Origin: Bacteroidota bacterium
Lineage (GTDB): Bacteria; Bacteroidota; Bacteroidia; Bacteroidales; GCA-2711565
Assembly (NCBI GenBank): GCA_003353955.1
Contig: PIVJ01000002.1
Location: 13,971 to 77,970, forward strand
Length of the DNA stretch: 64,000 nucleotides
Reading direction: 5' to 3'
Shown one piece after another: positions 38,065 to 46,581 of the stretch. The notes below the pieces were generated by a model. It worked only from the letters and a program-made list of their open reading frames with translations. It did not search any database and was not told the origin of the DNA. A program made the translations under genes and the position numbers. Numbering within the stretch: position 1 is the first letter of the stretch; the number at the start of each line of letters is the position of its first letter.

Positions 38065-40413
38065 ATGAAGAATCTCATTTTAAGTCTTTTTGTTGTTATA
38101 ATAATACCTGGATGTTCAACTTTTGAATCAAACGAATTACATAAATATAATGAGATGTACGAAATTGCAACACCTGTATTTATGGATGATAATATACAAC
38201 AGGTGTTTTTGGACGGTTATTTCAAAGATGTAAGCAAGATAGACTCAGTGTTGATAATGGGTTATGAATCGCAACTGTCCGTTGATAAGAAATGGTTAAG
38301 CCTGAATCCAAATGAGGATGTTGAAAAACTAAGCAAACTAAGTATCTGGATAAAAGGAGATAAATATACGATTGTTGTACTTAACAGATCTAAAATACAA
38401 TATAATTTTAGTTTTGATGCAGCTAATCTATCGCCTGAGACAGTAAAAATTACCGGTAGTTTTACTAATTGGAATCCTGAAGGATATGGGTTGACTTTTA
38501 AAAATGGATTATGGCAAATTCAACTGAGCCTGAATCCCGGAAAATATCCTTATCAATTAGTGATAGATGATGAATGGATACTAGATCCAACAAATTCTAT
38601 TAAGGAGAGTAATAATATTGGAGGGTTTAATTCAGTTTTAATAATTGAAGACCCTGCTCAACATTCACCAAAGATCTATACTAAGAGGCATGAAAAGAAT
38701 TCCTTAATTATTGGCTATGATGGAGAACCTGAAAAAATTGTTGCTTTAGTTGATAATACTGAAACTACAACCCAATTAACAGAAGGGGAAATCCGAATTA
38801 ATTTACCAAAAAGTTTAACTTATCAATCACATGCTTTTATCCGCGTTTGGGCAATAAATGAACATGGATATTCAAATGATTTATTAATCCCCTATAAAGA
38901 CGGAGAAATTATAGCCAATATCGATCAAATTAACCGTTTTGACAAACATGCCCAAGTGCTTTATTTTATGCTTGTAGATAGATTTAATAATGGCAATAAG
39001 AGCAATGATAGTCCGGTTGATGATCCGGAAATTGAATATAAAGCAAATTATCAAGGAGGAGATTTAGCCGGAGTACAAGCAAAAATTGATGATGGCTATT
39101 TTGAAGACCTGGGTGTGAACATGTTATGGCTTTCCCCCATCACTCAAAATCCATTGGAAGGATTTATAGAATTCCCTAGTCCACATAGAAAATATTCAGG
39201 ATATCATGGATATTGGCCAGTAACTTTGACCACGATTGATCATCGATTTGGTACCAAACAAGAAATGCATAGTTTGGTGGACAGAGCTCACGCCAGTGAT
39301 ATGAATTTAATTCTGGATTTTGTATCTAATCATGTACATGAGCAAAACAAATTGATACAGGATAACCCAGATTGGGCAACAGTTTTAGACCTGCCTGATG
39401 GGAATAAGAATATTCGTATTTGGGATGAACAACGCCTGACAACCTGGTTTGATACATTTCTTCCTTCTTTAAATTTTGAGATTACTGAAGTCATTGATCA
39501 AATTTCAGATTCCGCCAAATTTTGGATAGATGAATACCATATTGATGGTTTCCGTCATGATGCTACAAAACATATTCCTGTTGAGTATTGGAGAACATTA
39601 ACCAAAAAAATAAGAGCCGATAAGAATAATGATTTTGTATTTCAAATTGGCGAAACTTTTGGTAGTCGCGAATTAATCCGTTCATATGTAGGTACAGATC
39701 AGCTTGACGGGCAATTTGACTTCAATCTATACTTTGATCTTAGAAATGTATTTGCTCAAGATTCAGAATCTTTTCTAACAATTGAGCAATCAATTAAAGA
39801 AAGTCTGAGCTATTATAATTATCATTCCTTAATGGGTAATTTAACAGGCAACCATGATTTACCTCGATTTATCTCTTATGCCGGAGGTGCATTAAATTAT
39901 AATGAGGATGAGAAAGAAGCCGGTTGGAATAGAGATATACAAGTTAAAGACACCATTGGTTATGACAAACTTTCGTCCTTGACAGCATTCATAATGACAT
40001 TTCCAGGGGTGCCTGTGATTTATTATGGTGATGAAATCGGTATGGCAGGTGCAGGTGATCCGGATAATCGCAGGATGATGAAGTTTGTAGGTTTGACCAA
40101 GCATGAAAAGGATGTTAAAGAAAAAGCTAAAAAACTTATCTCATTAAGAAAGAGCAAACTCTCACTTATTTATGGTGACTTCTTTATGATTGAATCCACA
40201 GATGAAACGATGATCTATGCTCGTAAATATTTTGATGATGTATGCATAATTGCCTTTAATAAAAGTAAGGAGTCAAAATCAATTACTGTAACTTTGCCTG
40301 ATTACTTACAAAGTAAAGTTTGGCAGTCTAATTTTGGTCATGAATTAAATTATGAGACCGCTGAATTATCAATCCAAATGAATCCATATTCATTTGAAAT
40401 TATTAATAATTAA
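38065..40413 (+). CDS. GH13 alpha-amylase-family lipoprotein with N-terminal glycogen/starch-binding (CBM48/E-set-like) domain
   Basis: 782 aa with lipobox IIPGC. FTNWNPEGYGLTF..GLWQIQLSLNPGKYPYQLVIDDEWILDP is an AMPK-beta/CBM48-like module. GH13 regions NLILDFVSNHV, IDGFRHDATKH, QIGETF and GNHDLPR. Confidence 0.88.
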   Translation: MKNLILSLFVVIIIPGCSTFESNELHKYNEMYEIATPVFMDDNIQQVFLDGYFKDVSKIDSVLIMGYESQLSVDKKWLSLNPNEDVEKLSKLSIWIKGDKYTIVVLNRSKIQYNFSFDAANLSPETVKITGSFTNWNPEGYGLTFKNGLWQIQLSLNPGKYPYQLVIDDEWILDPTNSIKESNNIGGFNSVLIIEDPAQHSPKIYTKRHEKNSLIIGYDGEPEKIVALVDNTETTTQLTEGEIRINLPKSLTYQSHAFIRVWAINEHGYSNDLLIPYKDGEIIANIDQINRFDKHAQVLYFMLVDRFNNGNKSNDSPVDDPEIEYKANYQGGDLAGVQAKIDDGYFEDLGVNMLWLSPITQNPLEGFIEFPSPHRKYSGYHGYWPVTLTTIDHRFGTKQEMHSLVDRAHASDMNLILDFVSNHVHEQNKLIQDNPDWATVLDLPDGNKNIRIWDEQRLTTWFDTFLPSLNFEITEVIDQISDSAKFWIDEYHIDGFRHDATKHIPVEYWRTLTKKIRADKNNDFVFQIGETFGSRELIRSYVGTDQLDGQFDFNLYFDLRNVFAQDSESFLTIEQSIKESLSYYNYHSLMGNLTGNHDLPRFISYAGGALNYNEDEKEAGWNRDIQVKDTIGYDKLSSLTAFIMTFPGVPVIYYGDEIGMAGAGDPDNRRMMKFVGLTKHEKDVKEKAKKLISLRKSKLSLIYGDFFMIESTDETMIYARKYFDDVCIIAFNKSKESKSITVTLPDYLQSKVWQSNFGHELNYETAELSIQMNPYSFEIINN

Positions 40414-40418
40414 AACAA

Positions 40419-41444
40419 ATGTTAAAAGTACAAACTATCAATATTGGAATAATCTTCATGCTTCTTTTTTTAGCAGGTTGTTATCCAAAAGGAACAGAAA
40501 AGGTTAAAAAAATTGCATTTCAGGGTGAAGCCCAGGGCACCTATTATACGGTGCAATACTTCGATAATAATGAGCGTGATTTAAAAAATGAAATCGACTC
40601 AATCCTGACAGCCTTTGATCAATCACTTTCTGCATGGGTGCCAAATTCAATTTTGTCTCGTGTGAACAGGAATGAAACTGTACTTTTAGATAAGTATTTC
40701 ATAGATAACTTTAATTTATCTCAGAGAATTGCATCAGAAACCAATGGTGCTTTTGATTGCACACTTGGTCCTTTGATTGAAGCTTGGGGATTTGGATTCA
40801 GAGAAAAAATCACACTAGATCAGCATAAAATAGATAGCATCAAAGAATTTATCGGATATGGAAAGGTACATATTGAAAACAACCAACTTATAAAATCAGA
40901 TCCAAGAATTGAGCTTAGCTTCAATGCCGTTGCACAAGGATATTCAGTTGATCTTTTAGGGCAATACCTGGAGTCTGTTGGAATAGATATTTACCTGATC
41001 GATATAGGTGGCGAAATTATAGGAAAAGGCATCAAACCTGATGGAGATGTTTGGAAGGTTGGTATCCAAAAACCTACCGAAGATGAGTTGGGTGAGATTG
41101 AAGCACAAATAAAGATCGCCCTAACTGACAAAGCATTGGTAACCTCCGGAAGCTATAGAAAATATTACGAAGTTGATGGTGTCAGATACTCTCACATGAT
41201 CGATCCTTCTACCGGCTATCCGGTCACTCATACAATGTTAAGTGCTACTGTGATGGCTGATAATTGCGCTGAAGCTGACGCTTACGCTACTGCATTTATG
41301 ATTATGGGCATTGAGAAAGCAACCGAATCTGTGACACAAATAGACAGCTTAGAAGCATTCTTTATTTATACTGATGAGAGCGGAATTTTACAAACTTTCA
41401 GTACTGAAGGTTTAAAAAAATTTATACTACCTATAAGGTTATAA
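40419..41444 (+). CDS. apbE: FAD:protein FMN transferase
   Basis: 341-aa lipoprotein (FLAGC) with the ApbE pattern TSGSYRKYYEVDGVRYSHMIDPSTGYP. Starts 5 nt after the upstream GH13 stop. Confidence 0.9.
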   Translation: MLKVQTINIGIIFMLLFLAGCYPKGTEKVKKIAFQGEAQGTYYTVQYFDNNERDLKNEIDSILTAFDQSLSAWVPNSILSRVNRNETVLLDKYFIDNFNLSQRIASETNGAFDCTLGPLIEAWGFGFREKITLDQHKIDSIKEFIGYGKVHIENNQLIKSDPRIELSFNAVAQGYSVDLLGQYLESVGIDIYLIDIGGEIIGKGIKPDGDVWKVGIQKPTEDELGEIEAQIKIALTDKALVTSGSYRKYYEVDGVRYSHMIDPSTGYPVTHTMLSATVMADNCAEADAYATAFMIMGIEKATESVTQIDSLEAFFIYTDESGILQTFSTEGLKKFILPIRL

Positions 41445-41503
41445 CCCAACGCGGGCTAACAGGGATTAAAAATAAATTTATTGACTATTGATTTGTTTAA
41501 GAA

Positions 41504-41689
41504 CTAATTATTCTTGCAAGTGGTGGATTGATTCCCACAGGTACATCCAAATCGATCGCCTGTTTCAGGATCAATGGTACTACATTGCTTAGTGAATTCC
41601 CCATCCTTTTTTACAAACATTTTAATTCCGATAAAAGCAAAGGCCAGAGCCATAAGTACAACTGTGATAAGTATTAATTTGAGAAGCAT
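41504..41689 (-). CDS. small single-TM Cys-rich protein, NqrM-like (Na+-NQR maturation factor candidate)
   Basis: 61 aa: one N-terminal TM helix, then a soluble tail with four Cys (C36, C49, C51, C58). The architecture matches NqrM as described (single TM, four conserved Cys). Adjacent to apbE. Confidence 0.5.
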   Translation of the reverse strand: MLLKLILITVVLMALAFAFIGIKMFVKKDGEFTKQCSTIDPETGDRFGCTCGNQSTTCKNN

Positions 41690-41702
41690 AGTTTGTTTTT
41701 TA

Positions 41703-41710
41703 CAAAATTA
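41703..41710 (-). promoter_or_regulatory. Bacteroidota-type -7 box for the NqrM-like gene
   Basis: The minus strand reads TAATTTTG (TAnnTTTG), 14-21 nt upstream of the ATG. Confidence 0.35.
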
Positions 41711-41738
41711 CGAATGTATCCCGATTTATATATGTGTT

Positions 41739-42503
41739 TTACAAATTTCTTGTAAATTCATTCAGAATTATTCCTGTGGCAACAGATGCATTTAGTGATT
41801 CAGTATTTGACGATCCATTTTGAACAATTGCCGGAACTAATATCCTTTTGTGAACGACATTTGCAACTTCTTCAGAAATACCTTTTGATTCATTACCAAT
41901 AATAATTAGCCCACTTTTCTTAAGGTCAGTCTTATAAATGTTTTTTCCATCCAAAAAGCTTCCATAAACGACAACATCAGCAGGTACTCTCTCTTTTAAA
42001 AAACGAATAAGATCATGATAAAAGACATTCACTCTGGTAAAAGAGCCCATAGTTGATTGTAACACTTTTGGGTTATAGAGATCTACACAATCATTTGAAC
42101 AAACAATGTCCTGAACTCCGAACCAATCTGCAGTTCTTATGATCGTTCCCAAGTTACCCGGGTCTTGAATATCATCCAACACGAGCACCAAATTATCAAA
42201 TTGAATTTCTGCGGATATACCTGGGATTCTCACAACTGCCAATACTTTATTTGGGCTTTTCAGTGAACTTATCCGAGCCAATTCCTTTGGGGAAACTTTC
42301 TCATAAAGAATATCTGCTAGAGTAAGACTTTGTTGGTTTTCATTAATCCACTCTTCAAATGCAAACAAAGTGGAAACACGATATTTGCTATCAATAATCT
42401 CCTTGACTATCTTCTCGCCCTCAACAACAAATTCATTAAATACTTTCCTGAATTTAAGTTGCTGCAAAGAACGGATGTGTTTTATCTGATTTTTCGTTAT
42501 CAT
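41739..42503 (-). CDS. TrmH/SpoU-family RNA 2'-O-methyltransferase
   Basis: 254 aa with SpoU methylase motifs (LDDIQDPGNLGTIIRTA, IIIGNESKGIS, ESLNASVATGI). Confidence 0.85.
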   Translation of the reverse strand: MITKNQIKHIRSLQQLKFRKVFNEFVVEGEKIVKEIIDSKYRVSTLFAFEEWINENQQSLTLADILYEKVSPKELARISSLKSPNKVLAVVRIPGISAEIQFDNLVLVLDDIQDPGNLGTIIRTADWFGVQDIVCSNDCVDLYNPKVLQSTMGSFTRVNVFYHDLIRFLKERVPADVVVYGSFLDGKNIYKTDLKKSGLIIIGNESKGISEEVANVVHKRILVPAIVQNGSSNTESLNASVATGIILNEFTRNL

Positions 42504-42505
42504 CC

Positions 42506-42538
42506 CAAAAAAATAAATCCCGATCGAAACCGGGATTT
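42506..42538 (-). terminator. Rho-independent terminator after rplI
   Basis: Minus strand: AAATCCCG-GTTTCGAT-CGGGATTT hairpin followed by ATTTTTTT. Confidence 0.75.
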
Positions 42539-42565
42539 AAAGATACAAATATTGTAAGAGAGATA

Positions 42566-43015
42566 CTATTCTGCTATTACTTCAAAATTAATTTCTACCG
42601 AAATATTTTTATGTAATTTGATGCTTGCTTTATAGTTTCCTAATTCTTTAATTGAATCTCCATCAACCGAAATTTTCTTGCGATCGATATCAAATTTGTG
42701 TTGCTTTTTTATAGCATCAGCTAGTTGTAATGCATTTACCGAACCAAATATTTTCCCAGAAGTTCCAGCTTTAGCTCCAATATTAACACTTATGTTTTCT
42801 AATGCTTTTGCCAAAGTTTCAGCTTCTTTTACAACTCTTTCTTCCTTAAAAGATTTTTGCTTCTGAGTCTCATTTCTGACTTTTTTATTCGATTCAGTAG
42901 CTAAGATTGCCTTTCCTTTTGGGATTAGAAAATTTCTTCCATACCCATTTTTAACTACAACAAGGTCGTTGGTGTAACCAAGACCTTCAATATCTTGTTT
43001 TAATATAACTTCCAT
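42566..43015 (-). CDS. rplI: 50S ribosomal protein L9
   Basis: 149 aa with MEVILKQDIEGLGYTNDLVVVKNGYGRNFLIPKG; follows rpsR. Confidence 0.95.
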   Translation of the reverse strand: MEVILKQDIEGLGYTNDLVVVKNGYGRNFLIPKGKAILATESNKKVRNETQKQKSFKEERVVKEAETLAKALENISVNIGAKAGTSGKIFGSVNALQLADAIKKQHKFDIDRKKISVDGDSIKELGNYKASIKLHKNISVEINFEVIAE

Positions 43016-43027
43016 GATTTCACCTCC

Positions 43028-43297
43028 TTATTTTAACAAATCCGCTACATATGGCATCAGGGCTAAATGACGTGCTCGTTTAATAGCCTGAGAAACCTTC
43101 TTTTGATACTTAATTGAAGTACCCGTAATTCTACGAGGTAAAATTTTACCTTGCTCGTTAACAAACTTCAAAAGGAAGTTTGGATCTTTATAATCAATAT
43201 ATTTAATTCCACTCTTCTTAAAACGGCAATACTTTTTCTTTTTAGTATCTACTGCTATTGGAGTTAAATATTTTATTTCTGAATTTGTTTGTGCCAT
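43028..43297 (-). CDS. rpsR: 30S ribosomal protein S18
   Basis: 89 aa with [28 protein letters not shown]. Confidence 0.95.
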   Translation of the reverse strand: MAQTNSEIKYLTPIAVDTKKKKYCRFKKSGIKYIDYKDPNFLLKFVNEQGKILPRRITGTSIKYQKKVSQAIKRARHLALMPYVADLLK

Positions 43298-43315
43298 TTT
43301 TTAAAAAGTTAAGGG

Positions 43316-43675
43316 TTATTTACTAGCTACTTCTTCGGTTACTTTTTCTTTTGCTTTCTTACGTTTCTTCTCATTATACGCTATTGCATGTTTATCGAGT
43401 TTAACGGTTAAAAAGCGTAAGATTCTCTCATCTCGTTTGAAAGCAACTTCGAAGTCACGGATAATTTCACCGTTGTTAGTAAACTCAATTAAGTGATAAA
43501 ACCCAGATGTTTTTTTTTGGATTGGATAAGTTAATTTTTTTAAGCCCCAATACTCTTCGTGAACAATCTCTGCCCCTTTTTCTTTTAAATAATCTTGATA
43601 CTTTTTCACCGCTTCCTTCATCTGTTTATCAGACAAAACGGGAGTCATAATGAAAACGGTTTCATATTGATTCAT
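43316..43675 (-). CDS. rpsF: 30S ribosomal protein S6
   Basis: Start placed at [12 protein letters not shown], the canonical S6 N-terminus. The upstream Met in the track adds 15 non-conserved residues. Confidence 0.92.
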   Translation of the reverse strand: MNQYETVFIMTPVLSDKQMKEAVKKYQDYLKEKGAEIVHEEYWGLKKLTYPIQKKTSGFYHLIEFTNNGEIIRDFEVAFKRDERILRFLTVKLDKHAIAYNEKKRKKAKEKVTEEVASK

Positions 43676-43757
43676 AATTTGTAGAATTTGATTTGCGTTA
43701 CTACTTGATTTTATTAACATTGCAGCAATTATTTTGCCACTTCCATAAAATGGTGTG

Positions 43758-43765
43758 CAAAAATA
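43758..43765 (-). promoter_or_regulatory. Bacteroidota-type -7 box upstream of rpsF-rpsR-rplI
   Basis: The minus strand reads TATTTTTG (TAnnTTTG), ~83 nt upstream of the rpsF ATG. Confidence 0.3.
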
Positions 43766-43842
43766 GATAATTTATTCTATTCAAACAAACGATATCCTGA
43801 AAAAAATATCATAATCAAGCAATTAAGTAATGGTTGAGAATC

Positions 43843-44538
43843 TTACATCATATTTTCATCAGCAAAGCTGAAATAAGTTTCTTCGCCAATGATAATATGA
43901 TCCAACACATTGATGTCGAGCAATCGGCCTCCCTCTATTATTTTCTTCGTTAGTTTGATATCGGCTTCACTAGGTTTTATATTTCCAGATGGGTGATTAT
44001 GACAAAGAATAATTCCACTTGAGCCATGCTCAATGGCGATATTAAATATTTTCTTAGGATCAGCAATCGTACCGGATACACCACCTTCACTTATTTGAAC
44101 ATGTTTAAGAATTTTGTTTGCTGTATTCAAAAGTAATATCCAAAAATTTTCGTATTTGGAATCCTCCATAATGGATACAAAATAATCGTAACCATCTTTC
44201 GAGCTGCCAATTTTTTCCTTCTTTAACACCTCCGCCCCTCTTCTCCGTTTTCCCAATTCGAGTGCGGCAATAATGGATAAGGCTTTGGCCTCCCCTATTC
44301 CGTTAAACGCAAATAAATCTATTGGCCTAAATTTCGACAATTCAATTAGATTATTATTGGCCTTATTCAGAATTTTCTTTGCCAAATCTACAGCAGAATC
44401 TTCAACATTCCCTGAACGTAGTAAAATGGCAATGAGTTCTGCGTCACTTAAAGTGCCTTTTCCTTTTAACAACAACTTCTCTCTGGGCCTGTCATCTTCA
44501 GCCCATTGCGTAATTGGGTATGATTTATTGGGTTTCAT
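43843..44538 (-). CDS. radC: RadC-family JAB/MPN-domain protein
   Basis: 231 aa. N-terminal HhH region (DAELIAILLRSG) and C-terminal JAMM motif (HNHPSGN). Confidence 0.9.
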   Translation of the reverse strand: MKPNKSYPITQWAEDDRPREKLLLKGKGTLSDAELIAILLRSGNVEDSAVDLAKKILNKANNNLIELSKFRPIDLFAFNGIGEAKALSIIAALELGKRRRGAEVLKKEKIGSSKDGYDYFVSIMEDSKYENFWILLLNTANKILKHVQISEGGVSGTIADPKKIFNIAIEHGSSGIILCHNHPSGNIKPSEADIKLTKKIIEGGRLLDINVLDHIIIGEETYFSFADENMM

Positions 44539-44581
44539 TAATTGATGATTAAGTACAAAATGTGTCTTTAATCATTAATAC

Positions 44582-44612
44582 AAAAAAAGGGCCTCTGTTC
44601 CAGAGACCCTTT
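44582..44612 (-). terminator. Rho-independent terminator after rpsT
   Basis: Minus strand: AGGGTCTCTG-GAA-CAGAGGCCCT (10 bp, one mismatch) followed by TTTTTTT. Confidence 0.75.
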
Positions 44613-44633
44613 AAAATATTTCTTGATTATGTT

Positions 44634-44885
44634 TTATAAAGAGTTGGCGAGTTTAGTTAACTTAGATTTAAGATTACCGGCTTTATTTTTATGAATAACA
44701 GATTTTTTTGCCAGTTTATCAATCATCGAGACTAATTTTGGAAGTTTCTCAACAGCTTCATTCTTCTCGGTAATGGCTCTAAATTTACGCAACGCATTTC
44801 TCATCGTTTTAGCATGATAGCGGTTACGAACTCTCTTTACATCGTTTGACCTGATTCTTTTTATTGCGGATTTGTGATTAGCCAT
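44634..44885 (-). CDS. rpsT: 30S ribosomal protein S20
   Basis: 83 aa with [24 protein letters not shown]. Confidence 0.95.
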   Translation of the reverse strand: MANHKSAIKRIRSNDVKRVRNRYHAKTMRNALRKFRAITEKNEAVEKLPKLVSMIDKLAKKSVIHKNKAGNLKSKLTKLANSL

Positions 44886-44965
44886 ATTCTTATCTATATC
44901 GTTTTAAATACTTTTATTATTTCAATTTCGGGCTGCAAAGATACATAAATTTTTTTTTCAACAAA

Positions 44966-45268
44966 ATTCTTGTACTAGAATATTTAAGGATTGCTATTCG
45001 TAAGATTCATGGTTGTAGTATAATTAATATTTTGAAGATGATTAATAAAGAGTTTGCAAGCTTAGTAATTATCGCCACTATTACCGCATGGCCAATATCT
45101 TACTACTATACAGAAAAGTGGTTGCAAAATTTTGAATATCATATTGATTTTCCATTTGAATTATATCCTTTTTCTGGATTTGCAGCATTATTGATAGTGT
45201 TGATTACTATTAGTATTCGTACATATAAAGCAGCAAAAACAAATCCGGTAAATGCAATCAGATATTAG
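44966..45268 (+). pseudogene. MacB/FtsX-type ABC permease remnant (N-terminal ~20 codons fused to the last ~78 codons)
   Basis: The in-frame reading ..LEYLRIAIRKIHGCSIINIL|KMINKEFASLVIIATITAWPISYYYTEKWLQNFEYHIDF...AAKTNPVNAIRY* joins the characteristic N-terminus (cf. NYLKIAxRNL...S.INI.GL) to the characteristic C-terminus of ~800-aa Bacteroidota permeases. There is no ATG at the expected start. Confidence 0.65.
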
Positions 45269-45375
45269 TATAAATTGGCCTCTTCTATATTTTTTTTATT
45301 TCTCGAAAGCAAAAAAATCGATAACTTTGCAATACGTTAAGTTCTTTTTATCCTTATTAAATTAGAAAAGAAATT

Positions 45376-46101
45376 ATGATAATTGAAGAAAAAACAATAG
45401 TTGGGAATGTTGTAGGCGAAAATTTTAAAACTGCAAAAGTATTTGAAAGCAAAGGAATTGACTTTTGCTGCGGCGGAAATCAATCGATAGCAGATGCATG
45501 TAAAGAAAACAATGCAGATATGGAGTCTTTATTCAAGGAGTTACATGAGGCAATGCTTGAGTTTGATCCTGAAACTGACTTTATAAAAAGGTTAGACCCA
45601 AGTGAATTAATTGATTATATAATTAAACGACACCATAGTTTTGTGCTGGAACAAATCCCTCAACTTAGTCAGTTACTCGCAAAGATTGCCAGCGTTCATG
45701 GAGATGCACATCCGGAAGTTTTTATGATTCGTGATGAGTTTGAGCAGGCTGTTATTGCATTAAGTAGTCACTTAATTGATGAGGAGCAAAAACTTTTCCC
45801 ATATATTAAGATGATGGTCGAGATGCAAAAAGAAGGTAAGTCATTAAACTCCAATAACGATTTTGACTTAAAAAAAACATTGGAAGGACTAATAGATGAA
45901 CATATTGCTGAAGGAAATCGTTTCGACGGATTATCGAAACTCACAAATAATTTCGCCATCCCTGTAGATGTTTGCAATACTTATGTGGTCTCTTTTAAAA
46001 GTTTAAAGGCTTTTCAGGATGATTTACATAAACATGTCCATTTAGAGAACAATTTATTATATCCAATGGCGGTTACTCTTGAGGAGAACTTACGAAGTTA
46101 A
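45376..46101 (+). CDS. ric: iron-sulfur cluster repair di-iron protein (RIC/ScdA/YtfE family)
   Basis: 241 aa. ScdA_N motif (GIDFCCGG) plus hemerythrin-like His/Glu-containing helices. Confidence 0.88.
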   Translation: MIIEEKTIVGNVVGENFKTAKVFESKGIDFCCGGNQSIADACKENNADMESLFKELHEAMLEFDPETDFIKRLDPSELIDYIIKRHHSFVLEQIPQLSQLLAKIASVHGDAHPEVFMIRDEFEQAVIALSSHLIDEEQKLFPYIKMMVEMQKEGKSLNSNNDFDLKKTLEGLIDEHIAEGNRFDGLSKLTNNFAIPVDVCNTYVVSFKSLKAFQDDLHKHVHLENNLLYPMAVTLEENLRS

Positions 46102-46116
46102 AAGAAATCATACTCT

Positions 46117-46542
46117 TGCACTATACTTACTAAAACAACAGAATATGCAATTCGTGCATTCGTACTTCTCTCAATAAGTAATAAATCAAGGTAAACGACC
46201 GGGATTTAAAGAAATAGCTGAACAAATAAGTTCACCGGGCAATTTACGGCTAAAATCATGCAGGTTTTAACTCGTTATGGAATTGTTAATTCTGTTCGTG
46301 GAAGAGGAGGTGGATTTTTCTTTACTGAGAAAAATCCTGATTCAGTCAGTTTATTTGATGTAATCAACCTTTTTGAAGGAGAAAAGTAATTTCTACGTTG
46401 TGGAATTGGTTTGGATGGATGCAATTCAGATCATCCTTATCTATTTCACGATGAATTTAAACGCATCCGGAATGATTATAACAATACTAATATTATTGGC
46501 AACTCAACTATTTTTTACGATAAAATGAAGAGATTGCTATAA
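46117..46542 (+). pseudogene. Rrf2-family (NsrR/IscR-like) transcriptional regulator pseudogene
   Basis: Homologous segments lie in two frames, with two frame changes. ILTKTTEYAIRAFVLLS (stop at 46192) comes first. GFKEIAEQISSP follows in another frame. QFTAKIMQVLTRYGIVNSVRGRGGGFFF...LFEGEK is back in the first frame (TAA at 46387). CGIGLDGCNSDHPYLFH...IR follows that in-frame stop. No start codon. Confidence 0.8.
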
Positions 46543-46581
46543 TCAATTTTATCACTTGAGTTTTAGATAATCTTAGAATAA

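Noticed and set aside
43676-43720. 15-codon N-terminal extension of rpsF ([15 protein letters not shown]).
   Set aside because: S6 proteins begin at M-x-x-YE..F; the extension is not S6-like.
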